A stretch of 58,124 nt of DNA, filler included, from Asterionella formosa (Eukaryota), in NCBI GenBank assembly GCA_002256025.1. It is 4 parts of 4 records of this genome, joined end to end, with 100 filler letters (N's around TTAATTAATTAA, not from the genome) between each part and the next. Parts side by side here need not be neighbours in the genome. Positions count along the whole stretch, not along the records: positions 1 to 14,473 come from NKIB01005964.1; 3 more parts are not named here. The stretch is one strand, 5' to 3'. The position numbers and the translations under genes were made by a program. The notes below the pieces were generated by a model. It had not been told where the DNA came from and did not search any database. It saw nothing but the letters and a program-made list of their open reading frames with translations. Each line of letters begins with the position of its first letter. Position 1 is the first letter of the stretch. Positions 1 through 11,220 of the stretch are shown here, piece after piece.

Positions 1-935
1 CCCCCCCAACAACAACAAGCTGGACCCCTATTCATTTTCCTCAATGTGGCACCAAACACCCAATAATTTTCTAGATGTATCTTACCCGGTAGATGAAGCA
101 TCAAACTACTGCATTATATGAATATAATTCTGATATCCCCCCTCCAAGGCACTGGTATCTATTTAATTAGCTGAGAAATGCGATTGTATTGTATACAAAA
201 CACTAGATTATATCAGTAGTGGTTGTGAGCAGCTGGACGGCCCAATAGGGCATGTTTTATGCGCACTTATTCAGTTTCGACTCACTCCCAATCAATTATT
301 TCATGCCTACTGGACGAGATATGCTGGTTTTCCATTCCAAACTCTCTTAAGTAACTTTCTATAATGTTACATTATCATTCATGAAAACCAAGTCATGTTC
401 TGATCATCGAAATCGTGTTCATCTACTACTACTGGAAATGGTATTCACCAACTGGTCAATGGTTTGCTTATTTGGTTCACCAATCGCAATTTCTAGTCAT
501 AGTCAACAAAAAATTCTAATTGTTGTCAGAAAATTTCTAGTTGCATGAAGTCACCAACTTGATCAGTAATCGTAAACAAAAGAATCATTTTGAAAATGTC
601 AACGGACTATTAATTGATATTATTTTAATAGAAAATCAAAAAAATTTGCTTTAACCTACAGATTGCCGCAGTGTAGAGAGTTGCATAGTACTGTGAAAGT
701 GTCAAATCTGTTCATCTCACCATCATTCTGAATTGCGTATCTGCAAATTACATGAAAAAATGCGCAATTGTCGACTTCCCTTTTCGTTATCAATATATTA
801 GTGTCATTAAAATAAAATTCTTCAACAATGGTTTTTTATATGTTGTGCTTAATGTAGGTGCACAATAAGAAAGCCTTGTTCCCAATTTTTGTGGAGATAT
901 TTGGTATTTTTGTCATGGTCAAAGCTGAGACAAAA

Positions 936-1170
936 TGATTTGGATTTGTGGACATTGTCAAAAGCCCTACAATGCTGTTGGGTGGATTTCGGTCATTTTG
1001 GTCTATCTCTGTAAATTTCTTGTCAATTCTTGTGGCTCTTTCATATTCTTATAGTGTGTTGTATACTGTGTAAGTAAGGTGCGACGGAAACCGGCTGTTT
1101 TGATCTGATTTGGATGCACGGACATCGTTAAAGCCTCCTTCCTCAACTTAATGATGCTGTTGGGTGGATT
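936..1170 (-). repeat. ~180-bp tandem repeat unit (about 1.3 copies), dispersed family
   Basis: ATGCTGTTGGGTGGATT recurs at 972 and 1154 (period 182); the reverse complement aligns by eye to 41933-42200. Confidence 0.75.
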
Positions 1171-1254
1171 ACAAGGATAATAATTTACTTCCAATAGAAT
1201 TAATTGAGTATAATTAATTATGGGTACAACGTCATTGTGCTTTCAAATACACTA

Positions 1255-1600
1255 TGTGTCAGAAGATTTTGGTGATGATGCAAGCGCAAAAAGCATAAAT
1301 CATGCATAACAGGTAAAGCAATACGAAAAGAATTTCTGTTGTAGTGGAAATGGAGTAAAAAATGGGAAGGTACAGATAGAAAATTATGCACTGCTGTAAG
1401 CCACCGCTTTGCAACAATCTTCATGACTTTATCAAGATTTGATCTTCATGGATCAATACACTAAATCAAAACTGATAACTTATTTGTTGTTGAGTAGAGT
1501 GCATCGTCTAACATACTAAGGTTTCGATTGATAAATTACTTAAATATTTTTAGTCAGGAGATGGAGTAAAATAATGATGACTTAAAATTTTTAACTGGTA
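1255..1600 (+). mobile_element. Right-end remnant of the pogo-like DNA transposon family seen at 49849-51925
   Basis: 1255-1420 aligns by eye with 51745-51925, including CTGTAAGCCACCGC at 1394. TTAAAATTTTTAACTGGTA (1582-1600) matches the reverse complement of 49847-49865 at 16/19. Confidence 0.6.
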
Positions 1601-1749
1601 AAATGATGGTACCAGGCAGGGTACCAGTGTAAAATCATTTACAGACTACATATATATAGTATAATAGTTAGTATAACTACTGGTATTTCAAATGATTGCA
1701 ACAACTTTTAAAGCACATCATAGAATAAGTGGTTTTGATCACCACTTTG

Positions 1750-2006
1750 GCCAAAAAGCCCATTTTTGAGACTTCAGGAAAACTAAATGCATTTCCTGCA
1801 ATCTGCTGACATTTCCTTACAAATTGCCTTAAGTTTCCTTACATTTCCTGAAAGTCATAGTTGTTTCTTGAAATTCAATGGACTTTCCTGAAAGTCACAT
1901 TCATTTTCTCAATTTCCTGAAATTCATACTGGTAGCAATTTCCTGAAAGTAATAACCCTTCCTGAAAAACATAGTGATATAACATTCTCCTGATTTTGCC
2001 ACTCTA
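1750..2006. repeat. TTTCCTGAAA-motif-rich dispersed repeat (probable non-autonomous DNA element)
   Basis: Many TTTCCT(G/T)A(A/C)A units; co-linear similarity to 51945-52125 (GACTTCAGGAAA...CCTGAAAGTCATAGT). Confidence 0.65.
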
Positions 2007-2269
2007 GGAATCTAGCTATTTTATGTTGCTGAATCATGCTATGAATTGAAGATATTCTCTACATGTGATGAATTTCGCACTTGCCTGGTCATATGCTGTC
2101 TGGTTCAGAAAAATGACTGCAAATTGCAGGTATTACAGACATAATGGTTGTACTCATAAACTCAATCATCTCACAGGAAAGGCAGTGACTTCAAGAATCC
2201 CACCTCATTTTCTCTGCATAAATTATCATATGCAATAGGTTTTGAGAGGGATCAGTACAATTTGTATTG

Positions 2270-5200
2270 CTATCGCAATGAAAGATCATTTGGATCCACC
2301 TTGAGACCCTTCATGAGAGTCACCATAGGGTTGAAATCTTTCTTTTCTCCTAGTCTGCTGTTGATGATGTGAACAATTGGATCATGATGATCTTGCTCCT
2401 CTGATGATATGCAGATCATTGCAGCAGCGAAAAGTCCGAGTTCTTCTGCTTCTGCACGGATGGCCAGAGCCTCTTGGCAACGAGCAACAGTTGCTGGATC
2501 GTGAACTTGCGCCAAAAGCATTGCATCTGTTCCATCGATGCATCTTTCGATGGTAGCCTTCAGCGATGCTTCGTCACTACGAACAAGGCAAACCAAGAAA
2601 GAACAATCTGCAATTGATGGATGCATGTGTTCAGTTTCCAAAACTTCTCTTACCTCTCGTATCACAGATTTATAAATGGCAGAACAAAGTAAAGCGGCTG
2701 ATCTTCGAACAGGTCTAGACGCTTTAAGTTGAAGCGCGTTCTGTACAAGCCTCACGAAAATGGCGCAGTATCTTGATGTCACCGTTGTTGGAGCTGCGCA
2801 TACCAAGTCGGCAAGCACTGCAATGCAGGTGCCTCGAACAAGATCATCTTCTTCAACATTAAACACCGGTCCACCGGAATTGACTCGAATGTTCTTTTCG
2901 TCCATATTAACCTTCCGGATGACTTCGTCCATCGAATCGGTTGAGTCACCTAGGAAGTATTGGTGTGTTTGCTCCTGAACTAAAACAACATTTTTCCCGC
3001 TTTCGCTCCCATCTCCCTTCAGTTGATTGCCAAATAGGAGAAAATCCAACAACTTTTCAGACAACTCGTAAATTGCGTTTCCTCGTCGACGAATTGTGAA
3101 CAGCACGGCTTCCCCCACTTTCACTCTTTGATTCGATGTCAGCATGATATCACTGCTGTTTACTAACGCGATGACACCTGTCGACATACCTGCAACCAAA
3201 AGTGGGAGAACTAACCTTGGTCTCACATCAGCCGTAGCAACGATTGTTTGTATGGCGGCCAAGTATACGTAAGATTCCTGATCGGCCAAGGCCAGGATGG
3301 ACACGCGAAGAATCTGAGCGATAACATCGGGATCAACATGATCACGGTCGCCACCGACCTCTACGATTAGAGAATTTGTGCTATCATTTTCTTTCAAATA
3401 ACCACGAGCCAAATGGCGAAGGGTGACCACGCCTTTTGCACGAATTGGCGGTTGGTCAGATTGTAAATCATCTTCGACTTCCTTAATAAAGTCAATGAAT
3501 GATTTGGCGTGCTCTTTTTCAGGACCAGACGATTCTCGACCGCTTACAGACCGACAAGAAATTAGGGCCATCGCATGGCTCGCCATCTCCGCTACTTCGG
3601 CACGACATTTTGAAAAATCTGCGTCGTCTGAATGTGATTGAGGGGCAAACATTGATAAGGGTTCAAGAGAAGGCAGCATCTCTTTGAGCATAATTTCTTC
3701 GTCAACCTCACGATGCGGAGCACCAAGCTCAAGCATTGCCACCAACAGACTTAGGACCACTGAGACGGTTGATAAGAGCGTCGCCTCTTTCGTCAAACCA
3801 TGGACGTCCTCACGGACAGCAGGCCTAGCATTCGCCGATATTCCTAGGAAAATGCATAGTAACTCGTCACTTGTTTTAAATCGATCAGAAAATTTTCTGG
3901 GAAGCAATGCATCGGTAATTCCAACATCATGGGACTTATTCGCACTTTCCAAGATCAGGCTCATCGTGCAAAGCAACCCCTTGCCATTGGTACCCCCAAG
4001 CAGCAAAGAATCAATCGAACATTGTTCGCCGATTAGAGGAAGTAATATCATGGCGGAGAGTTGGGGATTACCAGTAGTTTGCAAACAACGAAGGTGTGTG
4101 GGATCATTTGACTCGTCCTCTCCGATTGAAAAATAAATGATCAAAAGGGCATGAAACAGAGCAGACAGTATATCTGATTGGACATTTGAATCAACTGAGT
4201 TCTTCGAATCAAGGTCACTATCAGCCGGTCCAGACAAGGGGGCCAAAAGTTCAGCAACAACGAACTTTGCCCGCTCTCCTATTGTCTCAATGACATCATG
4301 TCCTCTCGTCCCAATTAAAACATGATCAAGAAACGCCCTCTGTTTAGAAGCTACTGAAACAATGTAATCTTGACCTTCCATATCCCAGCAACTTGGCTCG
4401 ATCGCGTGCACAATTGCTAGCGCGAACAAGTCACTACCAGCAACTTGCTGACCGTTGAATTTGAACGTGGTAAGGGACATGCTGGCAAGAAGAAGTCGCA
4501 AAGCCAAAGTAGCATCATTCTTGGCTTGGAATCCGATTATTTTTGTAATGGTTGCTACTCGTATCAATTGACCAAATATAGTTATCTTGCCGCCATTTGA
4601 ACCATTGCTGCCAAATGGTATAGCAGACAGAAACAACGCCAACACTTCACTTCCATCGAGAGTTGATGGTTGTATGGAAAGAAGCACAACGATTCTTCGG
4701 ACTCCTTGATGCAGGGAAAATTCTGCACTCTTGCACGCGAAGAAATTTTTGCTTAAAATAGGAAGGATGTATGTTACGAGCTGTTGTGTAGAAAGTTGGT
4801 CGAGGACAGCCCAAACGGTCAAGGCTCGCGCGGCTACGTCGGGATTAGCAACAACGGATTCTAAGAGCCCATCCGCATCCAAAAGGGTTATTAATTGATC
4901 CGCAAGCCTTTTGAAATAAATCTCTGTATGATCTCCTATTATCAGTGCCTTAGCTAGCCGCAGGCTTGCTCCGGTCATATCCTCTTGCGAGGAGGATGCA
5001 CTATGTACAAACACGTGAACAATGACAGCCAAATCTTGTAATGCTAGGTCGGTCAATAGCTTCGAGACACGCTTCCGTAACCATGATGGTGCTTTCATTC
5101 CTCGTAATAGCAGAGCTTGATAGGTATTAGCATGTGACAATGAGTCTACTTTCGATGTTGGACCTGAACAAAGACTCTTGCAAACGGCTTTGTAGTCAAG

Positions 5201-6034
5201 CGACAACGAAGATGATAACGATGACGGTGATTGCAGTTGTTTCTTGTTTTGCAGTTGTTGTGTCTGTAGCAAAGCAGCAAATAGGTCCGTTAAGTGTCGA
5301 GGCATGATCATGGGTCGAAATCGATCCAGTAAGACCACCCTCCCAATCGAAGTCAGGGTAGATCTCAGTTCTGATAGCCTACAATCATCACCTATATGTA
5401 TCTCAACAGTGGCAGTCCCCCACAGCAAGGAATACCTGGATAATCTCCCAGCCAATGATTTCGGTAAGAAATATCGCGCTCGGTCATTGACTGACATCAA
5501 TACGTTTTCTTCTAAATTGGGAAGTATGGATGTGCAAACAAGAAATTCAATCATGGCAGCAATGTCTGTGTAGTTTTGGATCGACAACATTCCTTGGGGA
5601 GGTGGAGGGTTGCTCTTTCGTTCTCTATCTCCCTTTTTGAGTTCACGAGTAAAATCAGCCTGGGGAAGCGTATCTATTACTTGATAACATCCAGCAAGGC
5701 ATGCCAAAAGAGGATGTATGATCTCATGAACCACTCTGTATCGATCGGTGCACATAGATGGTCCTTCTCCAACATGGGTCAAAGCTAAATCACAGCGTGC
5801 ACAATCATTATAAATCTTCACGGCATTTTCAACATGCGTTTGAATACCTTTTTCTTTCAGGTACGCAAATAATTTGACTTGATCAAGTGATGGCGCTGGT
5901 TTCCTTCCATTGGGCGCAAAATCCTTGAAGTCTTTGACGGTGGAAACGAATTCCTCGATCACTTTCACGATCATGTTGGCGCAATCTTCTATCATACCTA
6001 TGGACATGGTGGGAGTGTCATTTGAATTCGACAT
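2270..6034 (-). CDS. TANGO6/RTP1-like ARM/HEAT-repeat protein (1254 aa)
   Basis: Long uninterrupted helical ORF. C-terminal motifs DLQSDQPPIRAKGVVTLRHL, LADQESYVYLAAIQ and RVKVGEAV resemble the RTP1_C1 region of TANGO6/Rtp1. Confidence 0.75.
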   Translation of the reverse strand: MSNSNDTPTMSIGMIEDCANMIVKVIEEFVSTVKDFKDFAPNGRKPAPSLDQVKLFAYLKEKGIQTHVENAVKIYNDCARCDLALTHVGEGPSMCTDRYRVVHEIIHPLLACLAGCYQVIDTLPQADFTRELKKGDRERKSNPPPPQGMLSIQNYTDIAAMIEFLVCTSILPNLEENVLMSVNDRARYFLPKSLAGRLSRYSLLWGTATVEIHIGDDCRLSELRSTLTSIGRVVLLDRFRPMIMPRHLTDLFAALLQTQQLQNKKQLQSPSSLSSSLSLDYKAVCKSLCSGPTSKVDSLSHANTYQALLLRGMKAPSWLRKRVSKLLTDLALQDLAVIVHVFVHSASSSQEDMTGASLRLAKALIIGDHTEIYFKRLADQLITLLDADGLLESVVANPDVAARALTVWAVLDQLSTQQLVTYILPILSKNFFACKSAEFSLHQGVRRIVVLLSIQPSTLDGSEVLALFLSAIPFGSNGSNGGKITIFGQLIRVATITKIIGFQAKNDATLALRLLLASMSLTTFKFNGQQVAGSDLFALAIVHAIEPSCWDMEGQDYIVSVASKQRAFLDHVLIGTRGHDVIETIGERAKFVVAELLAPLSGPADSDLDSKNSVDSNVQSDILSALFHALLIIYFSIGEDESNDPTHLRCLQTTGNPQLSAMILLPLIGEQCSIDSLLLGGTNGKGLLCTMSLILESANKSHDVGITDALLPRKFSDRFKTSDELLCIFLGISANARPAVREDVHGLTKEATLLSTVSVVLSLLVAMLELGAPHREVDEEIMLKEMLPSLEPLSMFAPQSHSDDADFSKCRAEVAEMASHAMALISCRSVSGRESSGPEKEHAKSFIDFIKEVEDDLQSDQPPIRAKGVVTLRHLARGYLKENDSTNSLIVEVGGDRDHVDPDVIAQILRVSILALADQESYVYLAAIQTIVATADVRPRLVLPLLVAGMSTGVIALVNSSDIMLTSNQRVKVGEAVLFTIRRRGNAIYELSEKLLDFLLFGNQLKGDGSESGKNVVLVQEQTHQYFLGDSTDSMDEVIRKVNMDEKNIRVNSGGPVFNVEEDDLVRGTCIAVLADLVCAAPTTVTSRYCAIFVRLVQNALQLKASRPVRRSAALLCSAIYKSVIREVREVLETEHMHPSIADCSFLVCLVRSDEASLKATIERCIDGTDAMLLAQVHDPATVARCQEALAIRAEAEELGLFAAAMICISSEEQDHHDPIVHIINSRLGEKKDFNPMVTLMKGLKVDPNDLSLR

Positions 6035-6289
6035 GGATGCATATGTAATGGTGACGACGGGAAATGGATGTTTTCTTGCTGGCTGAAGAAAGGTCTCGTA
6101 ATAAGAATAATATATGATCGTGTGATATTATGTTATTGCACATGATATTGTGATGTTATAATGTCTCCGATGCATGCAGTTGTTGGTCGTCAAAAGGCAG
6201 GCGGTACAGTAGAAGACGGTTCGTACTATAGTAGAAGGAAAACAGATCCGGATTATTTCCCATCAATGATGAAATATACTCCAGGACAA

Positions 6290-6395
6290 CAGTACCTGGT
6301 ACAGGTACCAGTAGGATGTAGTCTGGTATGGTACCAGGGGTACCTGGTACCCTGGACCAGTTCGTACATACAGGTACCTGGTACCCTGGTACCGG
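6290..6395. repeat. Cluster of GTACC(A/T)GGTAC palindromic units
   Basis: Several overlapping GTACCTGGTAC / GTACCAG units about 260-360 bp upstream of the TANGO6-like start. Confidence 0.85.
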
Positions 6396-6928
6396 GGAAA
6401 AAATGAATACCCGTCAAAGATCGGCAAATGAATGATAATCATTATATACAAATCCTTTGGAGCAGGATTTCCATAAAATTGGTTTTTACGAAAATACGGA
6501 TTTAAGACGATTTACTATTCCACTGGCCGTATTGTTTCGTGCTGAGATATTTGGTTGGTTGTTCACTAGATCCGAATTGCCTGATCGCTTCACTTCCATT
6601 TGTATGAGTTTGCAAAGGTTGACGATCAATTTGTGAGCTATATTTATGTAGGGTTTATAGATTGTCTATTTGGAATCGATAACCATATTCTGAAGCAACG
6701 TATGTACATTGATCACAAAATGTACCCAGTCATGGATGACTCACTGCTAACTTTGCAGAGCGCCGGAAAGCACTCACTGTCAAGTCAAGGTTCCAAACCT
6801 TAACAATAGTTGCACGTTCAGAGCATACATACTGGCACTTTAGTGGAAGGTTTCGGTCCTTGACATTTCGCCGGTGCATTCCGAGTATAGTACAATAGTA
6901 GTACGAAGCACCAAAAAGGCTTCGGCAA

Positions 6929-7640
6929 CTAGTCCTTCTTCGCCAGATGAGCAGTAACCCCAGTCACGCCATCGAGGCACTTGAATCTCTTACTAGCAAT
7001 GTCGTTGGACAGGGCCAACCCCATCTTTTGGGTGAGCTCCATTTCCATTTTTCCAACTAGAGTAGTTGCTTCCTTCTTGTGAGGAACCCTGCGGAGAGTA
7101 CGTATGCCGTCGTCGATAATAATTTCAGGGATTCTGCATCTGCAACAACAATCACCAGTGATCACAAGGACATATGGACATTTTGGATTCCCAAGTTTGC
7201 CGCACTCGAATCGTGATTTAGCAAATAACTTAACCCAGTTTGGAACAGGGCCGAACGTGATAAGACTTTTATCGTTGTCGGCAAGTGCTCTTCGATGAAC
7301 AACGTCCTGGCTTTCCGTTTCAACCTTGTCGAACACAAGGTCGGCGCCGATGTCATTGCGGTAGTCTTGCATGATCTCGTTCATGGCATTGAGCGTATAG
7401 CCGTTGATCTTGTCTTGTGCTACAAAGAAGGCAAGAGAATAAGTTAAGATCAAATTCCATGGAAGCTAACTTTGTTTCGGACCCGTAGAACTCACCGACA
7501 GAATCACACAAATGGATCACGGAACCTTCAAACTCAAGAGTTATTTCGTAGTTTGCATGAATGAGTGCTGCAGGATCTTGAGCGCTTATCGTGGGGGCGC
7601 CGATGGTCAGAACCAGAGCACAAAAAATAGAAGCTTTCAT
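6929..7640 (-). CDS. Hypothetical secreted protein, 2 exons (7640-7496, 7419-6929; 211 aa)
   Basis: Signal-peptide-like start MKASIFCALVLTIGAPTISA. A 76-bp GTGAG...TTTGTAG intron (7495-7420) joins the 95-aa and 174-aa ORFs in frame (145+491=636 nt). Confidence 0.75.
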
Positions 7641-8540
7641 GATGTGGTGACTTGAATTATGTTGTATTGAAAGGAATTGTGAGCTCTTGTCTAGCCGGAG
7701 AATGGGACACTAACTGATAATTATTTATATCTCAATGTATATATACCGGTATATCACGTTCTCTCATCATCACTACTTCTACGGCAAAGAATACCAGGAA
7801 ACAACTTGGGTCGTGAGACAATCCACGTCTTTGACCAGTTATGCCAGAGTTTTCAATTAAGCCATAGGTGGTTGAAGAAATTTTTATAACTTGCCGACAG
7901 TTTCATCTCGAAACGAGAGATGCCATGAAGACTACGAAGTCCACCTCGCCCTTACTTTTCGGAATAATAAGGAACGATGTACCGTTAACTATCACGTTTG
8001 TGGAATGAGCCGATATCTTGGCCAATTGCATTTCAGGACATGCAAGAAGGGCCGTTGCGTCGAAGTAAGTGGGAAAGTTGAGCGCCCTTCGAAACTATTC
8101 TCCTAATAGGAACAGCCCCAATTTTTGACGAAGACAAAACAGTGCGTCACGACTGAACGCTACATGCGTTTGTGGATTCTGGCCCTCAACTGGAACAGCA
8201 GGAAAGGCTGATTTTAGCGGATTGTGCGCTGTACCCCATAGATTGAACCATCACAGTGAACTCTTGTATCGTCATCCGTTCATCTGTGTTTGATACGATA
8301 TCACATGGCGCAGAACCATATTTTGTGAGTTTGCACCCTCGTATCATTGTCGGTTCAACTGTGGTTGGTGCATATTCAAATATTCCTGTCAACCAAGTAC
8401 ATATGAGGCTGTCTTGGATTACACGTCATCAAACGGGATGATTGGTCGTATTCATGCACAGGTATAATTAACAAAATAAGGTATGGTGGGATGATAAAGA
8501 TTCATCATGCAGTCGTGCTGCCACGGGTATACAGTATACT

Positions 8541-8616
8541 TACTACCAGGTACCAGGTGACGAAGATTATTTTAGCTAACCTGGTACCCATTACCAGGTA
8601 CCTGGTACCAGGTACT
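8541..8616. repeat. Cluster of TACC(A/T)GGTA palindromic units
   Basis: TACCAGGTACCAGGTG...ACCTGGTACCCATTACCAGGTACCTGGTACCAGGTAC. Confidence 0.85.
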
Positions 8617-9306
8617 ATGTGCCGGTCTTCGGAGTCAATATCGGGGGTTATCCAAAATCTTCAGGCGAAGAACGAAGATAATCTTCTTTTCTATGAACCC
8701 GTAGTAAGTATTCGGGGAGATTTGCGAGTTATTTAGCCCAGTAAGGAAGTAAAATACAAAGATTCTACGCCGAACAGGTCATCCGTTTGAGTCAATCTTC
8801 GTATTGTTTCGTGCACCGACTGACTGCTACGGTAGAGACTACATACATAAGACAGGAACAAGATCACAGCGATGACTGGCATACTGTACAGCAATTGAGA
8901 AGGATGATGGACGCCGAACTGAAAAAACAATTTTCAAGCTTAAAATAGACTGCCTCCTTTGTTCTTTATACCATACGACTCCTATTTATTAGTCAGAACA
9001 ATGCATGTGCTATCAACGACTTCGATGACTTAATTCATATTCTAAAACGTATTCGCATGATATTACACAGTGGCTAAAATTATAATTGGAGGCAATCCGT
9101 ATTCCGGGACAATAGATCGTTCTTGCTATTGGGCTCTGGCTGATTTTATGCCTTGCGTTTTAACGCCTTCGTAGGAGATTGCCATCACCTGCATGGATTT
9201 GCGAAAGTTGGCACAAGACTCTAAGACGTGCTTACATCTTATCATTTAGTTCAGCTTCACATCATTATGAAGATTCGGTTCCATCGTATTAAGATCATTA
9301 CACATA

Positions 9307-10833
9307 ATGGTCATGGATAGACCGAGAGTTAAGAAGGAGAGAGCGACGAGGGCTTCATTCAAGAGGCTTTTCAGAATTATCCTTCTTATAACATTTCTTT
9401 GTATATTGAGAAAGCAACCCTTACGTGAGCTACAGTATTACCTCACTGTACGGGAGTTTTTCAAGGAAGGCTTGGCCACCAGTGAGGAAGGCAGTGATGA
9501 CCCTCAGAATCTGAAGGTCTTGATGAAGATGGAGGACGACATTTTGGAATATCCCTGGAATCAGACTTTAAATGGGTGGGAACCACCAAGGTGGATTACT
9601 AACTATATAGAGTGGCACAGGGAAGTGCGATCGACTCATCCTGCGTTCAACAGTGACAGTGAAGCACCAATTCCCCCTCTATATGTAGTGTATTGCCGAA
9701 TTAACCCCGGATCATTTGCAGCGAGAAGAAGCTCAGACTGTGGAGGTCTTCATGATCGGCTGGGCTCGCTTCCCTTCGACTTGTACATTGCCAACCAAAC
9801 AAAACGTCTTCTCCTCTATGTATGGGAAACCCCCATGCCTCTTGAGACTTTTCTCGTTCCGAATCTTCTGAATTGGACCCTCGATTGGAATCGCCCCGAC
9901 CTCCGACTGATACTAGAGACTGCGCCGAATCTGTTTACAGGTACTACAAATGCGTTTGTAAAATCTATTTGGACCCAGATGCCCGAAGCTATTAGTCGTG
10001 GTTTGAATCATGATATTCCTGTATATGTCTCTTTTGTAATTGGTCATCATAGTGAGTACTCCTTTGAAAATGCTTTGAGGAAACTACAGGAGACTGATAT
10101 GATACATACAACACCCACATTTGGCTGGATATGGCATGCTCTGTTTAAGCCATCTCCAGGACTTGAAAGATATCTTGAGGCAAGCAGGAGTGCCATGAAT
10201 TTGACCAAAGGCGGGTACACTGCTATACATATTCGATTGCATTATCCAGTATTGATGGGACAAGCTAAGAAAAATGGTCTAAAACTCAAATCCCTTGACA
10301 ATCCAAAGAACTTCAAGAAATTTGGTTTTGACAAAGGTGATAGTGGCATTGTTTTCAAGGGCGATGGAAAGAAATTCGCTGTTAACATTGGGCTCCATGC
10401 TGTTCAATGTGCAAGAAAATTAACCAAAGGTGATGCAGAACCCTTGTACTTAATGTCAGATGCAAATTATTTGGCAGCATACCTCGGGAAACATAGTGGT
10501 GTTGGCAGCCAAAATAGGTTAGCCAGCAAAGGTCAACTTGATCGCCATGTCAACAAAATGCTTTCTCAGGTCACCATAGTGACTCGACGTGACATACACA
10601 GGAGAAATTTTCACATTGATGGACACATGGGTAATGCTACAGACTTTTTTCCTGTTTTTGCTGACTTATACCTTGCAATGGAAGCACGATGCATTACCTT
10701 TGGGTATGGAGGTTTTGGACGATTTGCAAGGCAACTTACTAACAAGACATGCTACTCACAACATCAACTTTTTCTTAATAAGGAAGCTTGGTATAAAGGG
10801 CATTCCCTTCATGATAAAACCCATGTTTGTTAG
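9307..10833 (+). CDS. Type II membrane glycosyltransferase-like (fucosyltransferase-fold) protein
   Basis: N-terminal basic stretch plus single TM. Motifs CGGLHDRL, YTAIHIR, LYLMSD and DLYL...GGFGRFA occur in the order seen in GDP-fucose-utilising GT-B enzymes. Confidence 0.6.
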   Translation: MVMDRPRVKKERATRASFKRLFRIILLITFLCILRKQPLRELQYYLTVREFFKEGLATSEEGSDDPQNLKVLMKMEDDILEYPWNQTLNGWEPPRWITNYIEWHREVRSTHPAFNSDSEAPIPPLYVVYCRINPGSFAARRSSDCGGLHDRLGSLPFDLYIANQTKRLLLYVWETPMPLETFLVPNLLNWTLDWNRPDLRLILETAPNLFTGTTNAFVKSIWTQMPEAISRGLNHDIPVYVSFVIGHHSEYSFENALRKLQETDMIHTTPTFGWIWHALFKPSPGLERYLEASRSAMNLTKGGYTAIHIRLHYPVLMGQAKKNGLKLKSLDNPKNFKKFGFDKGDSGIVFKGDGKKFAVNIGLHAVQCARKLTKGDAEPLYLMSDANYLAAYLGKHSGVGSQNRLASKGQLDRHVNKMLSQVTIVTRRDIHRRNFHIDGHMGNATDFFPVFADLYLAMEARCITFGYGGFGRFARQLTNKTCYSQHQLFLNKEAWYKGHSLHDKTHVC

Positions 10834-11220
10834 CCCTTAATAAACCAGTTTTCCTTCTGCATGAGATACATCATTTTGAAAGTTACTTCCTGTTTTCTAT
10901 TAATTTATAGTTTTATGCAAGATAATGTTGTAGCTGTTGCTTACAGTCTTGTTATTGCCACCAGCAGAATGGAAAAAGATGCGGAAATGTTCCTAAAAAT
11001 GATTCAGAAATTGATATGAGAAAGGTAGGAAAAGTTGTGCAATACTCATAAGAAATGTGTGTTTGACTGCTCTGACTTTTTTAACCCTACCTCTAATCTA
11101 GGGTTGAAATGCAATAACCTAACAAGCAAATCAACAAAGGCAGCGTTTTGATGAATGTCATTGGGCGACCATGCTGTCGTCACTATGATTCTAGTATTCA
11201 ACTCTGTGACACTGGCCATC

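Noticed and set aside
6290..6395. CRISPR-like array interpretation of palindromic repeats (also 39459-40152, 51945-52125)
   Set aside because: No constant-length repeat with unique spacers, no cas genes, eukaryotic context.
6161..6451. Short ORFs rich in VPGT/YLVP/YQVP (also at 8491, 13799, 26504-26995, 37984, 44858)
   Set aside because: These are translations of the GTACCWGGTAC palindrome arrays, not a protein family.
7880..8460. Coding-like GC stretch between genes
   Set aside because: Only short broken frames and no recognisable motif; may be a relic but cannot be supported.
11079..11109. Hairpin TTTTAACCCTA...TAGGGTTGAAA with telomere-like hexamers upstream of FRA10AC1
   Set aside because: A single short inverted repeat, not a tandem telomeric tract; could arise by chance.
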